This document shows positions 45,630-53,412 of a DNA stretch of 64,000 nucleotides, piece after piece (the first letter of the stretch is position 1; each line of letters begins with the position of its first letter). Both the position numbers and the translations under genes were made by a program. The notes beneath the pieces are model-generated. The model had not been told where the DNA came from. It ran no database searches and worked only from the letters and a program-made list of their open reading frames with translations. Source of the DNA: Candidatus Limnocylindrales bacterium (GTDB lineage Bacteria > Chloroflexota > Limnocylindria > Limnocylindrales > CSP1-4); contig JBBSFD010000001.1 of NCBI GenBank assembly GCA_038239115.1, forward strand, positions 51,399-115,398. The letters run 5' to 3'.

Positions 45630-46871
45630 GTGGTGAGCCCTCTTTCCGGCGAGGCCGACAAGGTCGCCGCCCTGCGCCAGGCCCTGCCCGCCACCTCGGC
45701 CGGGATCTACCTCAACACGGGCACATGCGGGCCGCTGCCGGCCGAGACGGCCGCGGCGATGGCCGAGCTGGCCGACTGGGAGCTGCGCCTCGGCCGGGCC
45801 TCGCCCGACACCTACTACGACGTCCTGCAACGGATGGAGGAGGCCCGCGCCTCGGTCGCGGCGATCGTCGGCGCGGACATCCGGGACATGGCCCTGACCC
45901 ATGCCGCGACCGAGGCGATGAATGTGGCCACCTGGGGGATCGATTGGCGGTCGGGTGACCGGGCGGTCAGCGCTCGCCGGTTCGAGCACGCCGGCGGGCT
46001 GGCCGCCCTGTACAGCGTGCGCGATCGATTCGGGATCGAGCTCGACCTGGTCGACATCGGTGACGGTGATCCGGGCCGCGCCCTCGAGGCGTTCGACCGG
46101 GCGATCCGGCCCGGCACGCGCCTGGTCAGCCTGTCCCACGTGTCGCACGCCACCGGGGCCGTCCTGCCGATCGCCGAGATCGCCCGGCTGGCCCATGAAC
46201 GGGGCGCGCTCTTGGCGGTCGACGGGGCCCAGGCCGTCGGCGCGATCCCGGTCGACGTCGCCGGCCTGGGGGTCGACCTGTATGCGATTGCCGGCCAGAA
46301 ATGGCTCATGGGACCCGAGGGCACGGCCGCCCTGTACGTCGCGCCGGCGGCGCTCGAGCGGGTCCGGCCGGCCTATGCCTCGTTCTGGTCGCTCGAGGAG
46401 CACGACCTCGAGGGCTTGGCCCGGCCCTGGCCGAACGCTCGTCGCTTCGAGGGCACGAGCGGGGTGAACCACGGCCTGGTGGTTGGGTTTGCCCGAAGCT
46501 GTGGCTGGCTGTCGATGTACGTCGGGCTGGAGTGGGCCAACCAGCGCACGGCCCGGCTGGCCCGGCAGACGGCCGAGCGGCTGGCCGCGATCCCGGGCGT
46601 GACCCTGATCACGCCGACCTCGACCATGGCCGGGCTGGTCGTATTCAGCCTGGCCGGCTGGCCGGCCGAGACGATCGTGGACGAGCTGGGCGCCCGGATC
46701 TTCGTGATCAGCCGAGCCATCAAGGACTTCGACGCGGTCCGTTTCTCGGTCGCCTGGTTCAACACCGAGGCCGAGCTGGAGCGGACCCTCGAGCTGGTGG
46801 CCGAGCTGGCCCGACACACGCCCGAATCGATGCCCGCCCGGCGGACCCTCAACGTCCTCGAGGGAGGATGA
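45630..46871 (+). CDS. class V aminotransferase / cysteine desulfurase-like PLP enzyme
   Basis: GTG start; SLSHVSHATGAVLPI and AIAGQKWLMGPEG (PLP-lysine region); divergent from the rhodanese gene with a 20-bp gap. Confidence 0.8.
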   Translation: MVSPLSGEADKVAALRQALPATSAGIYLNTGTCGPLPAETAAAMAELADWELRLGRASPDTYYDVLQRMEEARASVAAIVGADIRDMALTHAATEAMNVATWGIDWRSGDRAVSARRFEHAGGLAALYSVRDRFGIELDLVDIGDGDPGRALEAFDRAIRPGTRLVSLSHVSHATGAVLPIAEIARLAHERGALLAVDGAQAVGAIPVDVAGLGVDLYAIAGQKWLMGPEGTAALYVAPAALERVRPAYASFWSLEEHDLEGLARPWPNARRFEGTSGVNHGLVVGFARSCGWLSMYVGLEWANQRTARLARQTAERLAAIPGVTLITPTSTMAGLVVFSLAGWPAETIVDELGARIFVISRAIKDFDAVRFSVAWFNTEAELERTLELVAELARHTPESMPARRTLNVLEGG

Positions 46872-47263
46872 GCAGCCAGCCGCCGCTGCGCCGACGGTCC
46901 GAAGTCCAGGTTCGCTGGCGCCAGTTCCGCAATCCACCCCGGCCGATCCTGCGTGCCGTCCTGAGCTCGCTCAGCGTGGCGAGCCTGCTCGGCCTTGTGT
47001 ATCTGGTCTACGACGTCCTGCTCAGCCGGGGCGCCCACCTGCCCGGCGGCGACCTGCGGACGCTGGCTGTGCTGGTCTTCGTCCTGGTCGTGCTCGTCTC
47101 GGGCAGCCTGCTGACCTACCTCGTCGTACCCCAGCCGACCGGTTCGGGCAACGTCCGTCGGCGCAGCCGCTGGAGCGCGGCCCTGGGCCTGTTTGCGGCG
47201 GTCCCGATCGCCTACCTCGTCCTGGTCGTGGAAGGCCAGATCCTGCGGCCCCTGCTGGGTTGA
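46868..47263 (+). CDS. small membrane protein (131 aa, 3 TM helices)
   Basis: ATGA overlap with the aminotransferase stop; hydrophobic helices. Confidence 0.4.
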   Translation: MSSQPPLRRRSEVQVRWRQFRNPPRPILRAVLSSLSVASLLGLVYLVYDVLLSRGAHLPGGDLRTLAVLVFVLVVLVSGSLLTYLVVPQPTGSGNVRRRSRWSAALGLFAAVPIAYLVLVVEGQILRPLLG

Positions 47264-47820
47264 CCGAGCGCCCCGGCTTCAAGGCTGTGGTGCGCTCGGG
47301 CAACACCAACGCAGTGGTCGTGCTCAACTGGCATAGTCCTTTCGTACTCTTCCGCGCTACCCTGCACTGGATATCATCCGGGGCGGATCGCCTCGCAGGG
47401 ATCCACGCGCTGAGGTTCTTTGTGTCCGAAGAACAGCATCTCGCCCTGCCCCATCTGTATGGGGCACCCGCCTACTCGCGCCCACCGCGCGTGGTCGAGC
47501 AGGTGGCTCGGCCGTTCGACCCGGACGAGCTGCCAATCGAGGCGGATCGTACCGACCAGGACGCGCTCGCTCTGGCCGAGCTGGCCGGCAATAGCTGGGC
47601 GCCCGCGGTCGAGCCGACGCCCAAGGCCCACAAGCGGGTCCGCCTCGGGCGGGCCGCGCGCAATGCGGCCCCCTCCGACCAGGCGAAGGCCGTGGCCGTT
47701 TCCGTCGGCGTGGCCGCCGCGCCGGCCGGCCGGGAGGATCCGAACGAGCAGCCCAGCCTCGAAGGACGGCCGTTCCGGCTGCGTAGCCTGGGCCGGATCT
47801 TCGGCAGCGATCAGAAATAG
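47260..47820 (+). CDS. hypothetical protein
   Basis: TTG start overlapping the preceding stop; high GC3 supports coding; no family. Confidence 0.35.
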   Translation: MTERPGFKAVVRSGNTNAVVVLNWHSPFVLFRATLHWISSGADRLAGIHALRFFVSEEQHLALPHLYGAPAYSRPPRVVEQVARPFDPDELPIEADRTDQDALALAELAGNSWAPAVEPTPKAHKRVRLGRAARNAAPSDQAKAVAVSVGVAAAPAGREDPNEQPSLEGRPFRLRSLGRIFGSDQK

Positions 47821-47832
47821 GGCTGGCCGGCC

Positions 47833-47875
47833 CAGCTCGCCCTGCTGAGCTCGCCCTGGCTGAGCTCGCCCCTCG
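47833..47875. repeat. three tandem copies of a 14-15-nt unit (GAGCTCGCCCTGGCT-like) in the promoter region of the HTH-TOBE gene
   Basis: cagctcgccctgct / gagctcgccctggct / gagctcgcccctcg, read directly; each unit contains the palindromic hexamer GAGCTC. Confidence 0.6.
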
Positions 47876-47899
47876 ACATTTCGGCCCGAACGTGGCGCA

Positions 47900-48358
47900 A
47901 TGACGGGCATGGCCCGCCCACGGCACAGCGCCCCTGCCAGCGACGAGACTCCGTTCGATCCTGAACACGCCCTCCGGATCGGCCAGGCGGCCGAGCTGCT
48001 GGGCGTGGGCATCGACACTCTGCGCCGCTGGGAAGCCACCAGGAAGCTGCGGGTCATCCGCACGCCTGGCGGCCAGCGGATCGTGCCGATCCTCGAGGTG
48101 AGCCGTCTGCTGGGAGAACGCCGCCGGGGCACGCCCGACCGGCCGATCGTGGCCCAGTCCGCCCGCAACCGCTTTGCCGGGATCGTGACCCGGGTCGAGC
48201 GAGATGGGGTCGCGGCCGTGGTCGAGGTCATGGCCGGGCCGCACCGGCTGGTCAGCCTGATGACCGCGGAGGCGGTCGACGAGCTGTGCCTGGCTGTTGG
48301 CCAGGAGGTCGTGTGCGTGGTCAAGTCGACCAACGTGATCGTCGAGATCCCACGCTGA
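47900..48358 (+). CDS. excisionase/MerR-type HTH fused to a TOBE (molybdate/oxyanion-binding, Mop-like) domain
   Basis: HTH_17-like AAELLGVGIDTLRRWEATRKL; C-terminal TOBE RNRFAGIVTRVERDGVAAVVEVMAGPHRLVSLMTAEAVDELCLAVGQEVVCVVKSTNVIV. Confidence 0.65.
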   Translation: MTGMARPRHSAPASDETPFDPEHALRIGQAAELLGVGIDTLRRWEATRKLRVIRTPGGQRIVPILEVSRLLGERRRGTPDRPIVAQSARNRFAGIVTRVERDGVAAVVEVMAGPHRLVSLMTAEAVDELCLAVGQEVVCVVKSTNVIVEIPR

Positions 48359-48401
48359 GCCGTCGCCCGGAGCTCCGCCCGGGCGGTGCTAGGATGCCGC
48401 C

Positions 48402-48477
48402 GGGGGAGTAGCTCAACGGTTAGAGCGGCGGGCTTATATCCCGCTGGTTCCAGGTTCGAATCCTGGCTCCCCTACCA
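48402..48477 (+). tRNA. tRNA with anticodon TAT (tRNA-Ile, AUA-decoding), CCA encoded
   Basis: Cloverleaf folded by hand: acceptor GGGGGAG/CTCCCCT (G1-U72 wobble), D-arm GCTC-AACGGTTA-GAGC, anticodon arm GCGGG-CTTATAT-CCCGC with T35A36T37 at 48435-48437, variable loop TGGTT, T-arm CCAGG-TTCGAAT-CCTGG, discriminator A, CCA. Confidence 0.75.
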
Positions 48478-48486
48478 GCGCGCCGG

Positions 48487-49278
48487 TCAGGCCAGGCTCA
48501 GCCGGATCCGGTCGAGGACCTGCTTGCGCCGAGCCGGGCTGAACGTCCGGTGGGGAGGCAGCGAAGCCAGGTAGGCGGGCACCTGGCCAGGTCGGACGAT
48601 GGCGATCGCCGGATTGCGGGTGGCGGGATCGACCTCGGCCACGACCAGGCCGTAGACCTTGACCACGAAGCCGTGCTCGTCGGCGGCCAGCCAGCGCCGG
48701 ACCGCCTCGGCATCCCGGGCCGTCCGGTCGAGGGGATCCTCGATCGCCGTCCAGACGTCCCCCCGGACTCGCCCCTCCCAGTGGCCGTCGACCTGCCGGC
48801 TCGAACGAGGGTTGGGCAGCGCCCCCACGATCACGATCCCCTGCGGGCCAACGATCAGGCGACCAATCGTGCGTCCGCCGGGCAGGCTCAGGCCGCGGAC
48901 CGCGGCGTAGTCCTCGCCCAGGTTGCCGACGCCGGCCAGCGGATTGCGGCCCGCGCCGAGCGGATTGGGCAGGTCGGCGAAGTCGAGGATTCGATGGGTG
49001 CCCACGATCAGGCACAACCCGGGCAGGGCGAGCGCGGTCAGCCAGGCCAGGGTATGAACGGTCGTGTCCCCGGCGAACGCCCGGCCGTGGGCAGCAAAGA
49101 CATCGACATAGGGCGTGGTCAGGGTGAGCCAGGCAATCGCCAGGCCGGTCGCGACGTACAGGGCGCCGATCAGGCGGGCGATGGCCAGCGCGCGGGCGGT
49201 CGGGCGTCGACGACCCTGGGCGCTGATGACCTCCATGCCCGGATCCTCGGCCATCCGGCCCGCCACGGCCATCCCCAC
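48487..49278 (-). CDS. membrane-anchored NERD (nuclease-related domain) protein
   Basis: Two N-terminal TM helices, then a NERD-like core (GRLIVGPQGIVIVGALPNP..., compare the family consensus DHLVIGPxGVFVIETK); the start may be an internal Met (49236). Confidence 0.5.
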   Translation of the reverse strand: MGMAVAGRMAEDPGMEVISAQGRRRPTARALAIARLIGALYVATGLAIAWLTLTTPYVDVFAAHGRAFAGDTTVHTLAWLTALALPGLCLIVGTHRILDFADLPNPLGAGRNPLAGVGNLGEDYAAVRGLSLPGGRTIGRLIVGPQGIVIVGALPNPRSSRQVDGHWEGRVRGDVWTAIEDPLDRTARDAEAVRRWLAADEHGFVVKVYGLVVAEVDPATRNPAIAIVRPGQVPAYLASLPPHRTFSPARRKQVLDRIRLSLA

Positions 49279-49458
49279 TTCGGGCTAACCGGGGCCCGCC
49301 AGCCTGACCAGGCGCCCGTCCAGACCGCCCAAGACCCGACCCCGGCCGGTGCTCCGGCGCACCACGTCCGCGCCCAGCCGAGGGTCCCGCGGCCGTGGAT
49401 TGGTGGGGTGGACTCCGGAGAGGTACCTGGCCTGGGGCCGCGCGCCTAGAATTCGACC

Positions 49459-52400
49459 ATGGCGGAGGGGTTCACGAGCGCGCGATTCGTGGGGCGTGAG
49501 CGAGAGCTCGCCCGGATCGCCACCGCCCTCGAGCAAACGGCCGACGGCCGATCCACGACGCTGCTCATCGCCGGCTCCGGTGGTGTCGGCGTCTCGCGCC
49601 TGCTCACCGAGACGCGCCACCGACTGTCCGCCCTGCCCGAGCCCTTCGAGGTCATCCGCTGCCGGGCCCGGTCCGGTCGCTCCGGCGATCCGTATGCCCC
49701 GCTCGGGGTCGCCTTCGGCCGGCTCCTCGACCAGATCCCCGACGACGAGCTGCCGGCCCTCGTCGAGACCGGCGCCGACGAGCTCATCCGCCTCCTGCCC
49801 GACCTGCAACCCCGGCTGGCCGACCTGGGCCTGCTGCCCAGCCGCCAGACCACGATCGATCCGGAGCGCCGCCAGACCAGGATGCTCGAGGCGATCCTGG
49901 GCCTGCTGACCCGGCTGGGTGAGCGCCGGCCGGTGGTCCTGACCCTCGAGGATCTGCATGACGCCGACGCCGGCACGCGAGCCCTGGCGGCTTTCCTGGC
50001 CCGCGTCTCCCGGCCCGGCCGGCTGTGCGTCATGGCGACCTACCAGCCCGACGAGCTCACCCGCCAGCACCCGCTCCACGACACCCTGGCCGCGATGGCC
50101 GACGCGGCCCGGCCCCCAGAGCGGCTCGTCCTCGAGCCGTTCCGCCGCGACGAGCTCGCCCGGCTGATCGAGTCGATCGAAGGCGAGCGGCCGTCGGCCT
50201 CGGTCCTCCTGCTCGTGACCGAGCGCTCCCGGGGCAACGCCCTGATCGCCGAAGAGCTGCTGGCCGCCCGGCGCGAGCTGGCCGGTGCGTCCCTGACGAG
50301 CTCCCTGGACGAGCTGGTCATTGCCCGCCTGGCCGGGCGTTCGCCCGAATGCCGGCGGGTGCTGCGCCTGCTCGCGCCGGCCGGTGAGCCTCTCACCCTC
50401 GAGCAGCTGGCCGCGGCCTCGGTGGCTTTCGAGCGCGAGGCGGACCGCCCGGCGCCCCGCTCGAGCTCGTCGCCCAGGCGCGGCGGCGGGGTCCTCGAGG
50501 CGGACCTCGGCCACGGCCTGGCCGAGGCCCTGGAGCACGGCTTCGGCCGGCTCGAGGGGCCCGACGGCGAGGACTTCGATGACGAAGGCGCCGTGGCCGA
50601 CCTGCCCGCCGATGCCGTGGTCGGGATCCGCCACCCGCTCATCGCCCGCTCGATCGAGGCCGACCTGCTGCCCGGCCAGCGCCGCCGCCATCACGCCGCC
50701 CTGGCCGAGGGCCTGGCCGATCGGCCCGGAGCCCAGGCCCGCCACTGGCTGGCGGCCCACGAGCTGGGCCGGGCCAGGATCGCCGCCATCGAGGCGGCCT
50801 CGCTGGCCGAGAACGTCGACTCGCTGGCCGACGCGCTGGCTCACCTGGAGCTCGCCCTGGAGCTCGACGACCGGACCGAGCCCGCCGCCGGCGAAGCCGA
50901 CCAGGCCTCGCCGGCCAGCCTGCTCCAGCGAGCCGGTGAGGCGGCCTTCGCCGACGGCCGGCCGGCCCGCGCCGCGGCCTACGCCGAATCGGCCATCGCC
51001 CGCCTCGATGAGCGGGGCGATCGGCTCCGGATGGGCCTCCTGTTCGAGCGACTCGGACGCTACCGCCGGGCGGCCGGCGACCAGGACGGTTCGATCCTGG
51101 CCCATCGCCGGGCGGTCGAGCTGGTGCCGGTCCGGCCGTCGCGCGAGCGTGCCCTGGTCGTCGCCGCGCTGGCCCAGGTGCGGATGCTCGAAGGCACGTT
51201 CACCGAGGCCGAGCGGCTGGCGGTCGAGGCGATCGAGGTCGCCCAGGCGGTTGGCCCGGCCGCCCGCGGCGAGGAAGGCCACGCCACCTGCACCTTGGGC
51301 ATTAGCCGGGTGTGGGGCGAGGATCCCGAGGGCGGCCTGGCCCTCCTGCTCGAGGCCCGCCAGATCGCGACCGAGCTGGCCCGCTTCGACGATGTCTTCC
51401 GGGCCACCGCCAACCTGACCACGGCCCTGGACCTGCTCGGCCGCAAGCGCGAGGCCGTGGACGTGGCCCGGGCCGGCATCGAAGCGGCCCGGCGGGCCGG
51501 CCAGGAAGCAGTGTTCGGCAACTACCTGCGCGGCAACGGCGCCGATTCGCTATTCCTGCTGGGCGACTGGGCCGCCTCCCGGGCCCTGGTCGAGACCGCT
51601 CTCGAGTGGAGCCCGGTCGGAGTGAACCTGGTCAACGCCCTGTCCAACCTGGCCATCGTCGAGATCGAGACCCGGGCGGGCGAAGTGGCCGGGCGCCTGC
51701 TGGGTCGCCTGTTGCTCGAGCTCGACACCGTCCCCGACGCCCAGGATTCCGTGCCGACCTACCAGGCGGCCGCCTCGTTCGCCCTGTGGCGGGGCGATCT
51801 CGAGGACGCCCGCCGGGCGGTGGCCCGGGGCTGGAGCCGGGTCCGCGCGACCGAGGACTGGGTCCTGGTCGCCCGGATGGCCGCAGTCGTGATCGAGGTC
51901 GACGCCGTCTCGATCGCCGACGCCCGGGGCGGTCGGGACCTGTCCACCGTGGCCGAGGCCCGGAGTCGCAGCTCGATTGTCCTGGCCGAGGCCGAAACGG
52001 CCGTCCATGAGGCGGGCGTGGCCGCTCGCTTCGGCTCGCGTCGCGAGGCCGATGCCCATCTCGCCCTGGCCCGGGCCTATCGCGCCCGAATCGAGGGCCG
52101 CGACGAGCCGGTGGCCTGGGATTCCCTGGCCCGAACCTGGGAGCAGCTCGAGCGTCCGTACCAGGTGGCCCGGGCCCGCTGGCGCCAGGCCGAGGCGGCC
52201 CTGGGTGCGGGCGACGGGCGGGCCGGCCGGATCGCGGCCAAGGCCCCCCTGGTCGAGGCCGTTCGGCTGGCCCGTGAGCTCGGAGCCGGTCCGCTCCTGC
52301 GGGAGCTGCAGGAGCTTGCCGGCCGTGCCCTGATCCCGCTGCCCGAGCCGATCCTGGCCACGACCGACCTGGGTGAGCCGCCGGCTGGCTCCGAGTCCGA

Positions 52401-52761
52401 GCTGGTGGCGGTGCCGATGGGCGGCGGCCACGATCCAGCCGATGGGGGCTCGACTGGCCGGGCCGGCTGGGCGGTGGCCGGCCTGACTCCGGCAGCGGCG
52501 GAACGGAGCGGCCTGGCCTCGGTCTTCGTGGGGCCGGCCGAACCGCCACCGGGCGATACGTTTGGCCTCAGCCGGCGCGAGCGCGAGGTGCTCATCCACC
52601 TGTCCCAGGGGCGGACCAACCGTGAGATCGGCGAGCGCCTGTTCATCAGCCAGAAGACCGTCGGCGTCCACGTCGGGAACATCCTGGCCAAGCTCGGCGT
52701 GTCCGGCCGGGTGGAGGCCGCCGCCGTGGCCATTCGGCTGGGCCTGACCGAAGCCGCCTGA
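49459..52761 (+). CDS. LAL-family (large ATP-binding LuxR-type, MalT-like) transcriptional regulator
   Basis: N-terminal STAND/AAA NTPase domain, long TPR-like helical middle, C-terminal LuxR HTH (LSRREREVLIHLSQGRTNREIGERLFISQKTVGVHVGNILAKLGV); the Walker A reads GSGGVGVSRL, with Val in place of the conserved Lys. Confidence 0.85.
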   Translation: MAEGFTSARFVGRERELARIATALEQTADGRSTTLLIAGSGGVGVSRLLTETRHRLSALPEPFEVIRCRARSGRSGDPYAPLGVAFGRLLDQIPDDELPALVETGADELIRLLPDLQPRLADLGLLPSRQTTIDPERRQTRMLEAILGLLTRLGERRPVVLTLEDLHDADAGTRALAAFLARVSRPGRLCVMATYQPDELTRQHPLHDTLAAMADAARPPERLVLEPFRRDELARLIESIEGERPSASVLLLVTERSRGNALIAEELLAARRELAGASLTSSLDELVIARLAGRSPECRRVLRLLAPAGEPLTLEQLAAASVAFEREADRPAPRSSSSPRRGGGVLEADLGHGLAEALEHGFGRLEGPDGEDFDDEGAVADLPADAVVGIRHPLIARSIEADLLPGQRRRHHAALAEGLADRPGAQARHWLAAHELGRARIAAIEAASLAENVDSLADALAHLELALELDDRTEPAAGEADQASPASLLQRAGEAAFADGRPARAAAYAESAIARLDERGDRLRMGLLFERLGRYRRAAGDQDGSILAHRRAVELVPVRPSRERALVVAALAQVRMLEGTFTEAERLAVEAIEVAQAVGPAARGEEGHATCTLGISRVWGEDPEGGLALLLEARQIATELARFDDVFRATANLTTALDLLGRKREAVDVARAGIEAARRAGQEAVFGNYLRGNGADSLFLLGDWAASRALVETALEWSPVGVNLVNALSNLAIVEIETRAGEVAGRLLGRLLLELDTVPDAQDSVPTYQAAASFALWRGDLEDARRAVARGWSRVRATEDWVLVARMAAVVIEVDAVSIADARGGRDLSTVAEARSRSSIVLAEAETAVHEAGVAARFGSRREADAHLALARAYRARIEGRDEPVAWDSLARTWEQLERPYQVARARWRQAEAALGAGDGRAGRIAAKAPLVEAVRLARELGAGPLLRELQELAGRALIPLPEPILATTDLGEPPAGSESELVAVPMGGGHDPADGGSTGRAGWAVAGLTPAAAERSGLASVFVGPAEPPPGDTFGLSRREREVLIHLSQGRTNREIGERLFISQKTVGVHVGNILAKLGVSGRVEAAAVAIRLGLTEAA

Positions 52762-52767
52762 CCGACG

Positions 52768-52822
52768 CGTTCCGGCGGCGCAGTTCCGGCGGCGCGGTTC
52801 CGGCGGCGCGGTTCCGAACCGC
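52768..52822. repeat. 14-nt tandem repeat, about 3.5 copies (GTTCCGGCGGCGCR), starting 7 nt after the LAL stop codon
   Basis: gttccggcggcgc a gttccggcggcgc g gttccggcggcgc g gttccgaaccgc, read directly. Confidence 0.7.
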
Positions 52823-52926
52823 AACCGACCTGCATCCATCCCGTTATCGCCGGCTAGGCCGGCCGCGGGTCATCCTCGACCCAGTATCGCGCAGACTCGC
52901 TCGATCCCAGCCCGCGGAGGCGTCCG

Positions 52927-53157
52927 ATGATCCAACCAACCAGCCGATCCCCCTGGCCGACCCGCCAGGCCGATCTCGCCTCGGGTCCGATCACCTGCGC
53001 GACGTGCGGCTGCCGCCTGAAGGTTGATGCGTTCGAGGAAACCTGGCGCCACTTCGAAGGCACGACCGGCCGCGACGCCCGGGGCTGCCGGGTCGAGTGC
53101 GTGACCCTGGCCCACGATGCCCACGGCATCGCGCTGATGAGCTACACCGCCGGATAA
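52927..53157 (+). CDS. small cysteine-rich protein (76 aa; putative zinc-ribbon-like)
   Basis: GGAGG RBS 7 nt upstream; high GC3; Cys pattern CxxCxC...CxxxC (ITCATCGCRL...GCRVEC). Confidence 0.45.
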   Translation: MIQPTSRSPWPTRQADLASGPITCATCGCRLKVDAFEETWRHFEGTTGRDARGCRVECVTLAHDAHGIALMSYTAG

Positions 53158-53412
53158 TCCGGTCGGCTCCGGTTTGCTCGGCCCGGGTTCCTATCGTTTA
53201 GCAATCACCGTGCTAGTAGGCGCGATCCAAGGCCGATTCTTCGGCCCCAGGGCCGCGGGGTCAGAAGCGCCACGCTCATTCCGGGCCGCCTGACCTCCGA
53301 TCAGGTCGGAATTCGGGTCTCGGTACCCGCCTAACAGCACGGGGAGTGCTGTTCGGTGGATTCGGGCGCCCGGCCTGGCTGGCCACGCCAGCGGGCGGGT
53401 CAGCGGCTCGAC

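Noticed and set aside
48386-48574. Track ORF 48386..48574 (plus, 62 aa)
   Set aside because: It is simply the tRNA gene read as protein.
49285-52839. Long minus-strand ORFs antisense to the LAL regulator (49285..51282, 51550..52839, 52077..52835)
   Set aside because: They are antisense to a 1100-aa gene with coherent NTPase, TPR and LuxR architecture.
48402-53160. The tRNA to LAL to Cys-protein segment as an integrated mobile element or prophage remnant
   Set aside because: No integrase, transposase, excisionase-with-integrase, phage structural gene or attR-like duplicate of the tRNA 3' end is visible. The segment is kept only as a possible accessory island in individual findings.
53161-53412. 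Lower-GC 250-bp region downstream of the response regulator as a promoter or an sRNA
   Set aside because: It is a convergent terminator region. One hairpin, AACAGCAC-GGGGA-GTGCTGTT at about 53336-53358, plausibly terminates the kinase-regulator operon. Candidate -35/-10 hexamers do not reach acceptable spacing.
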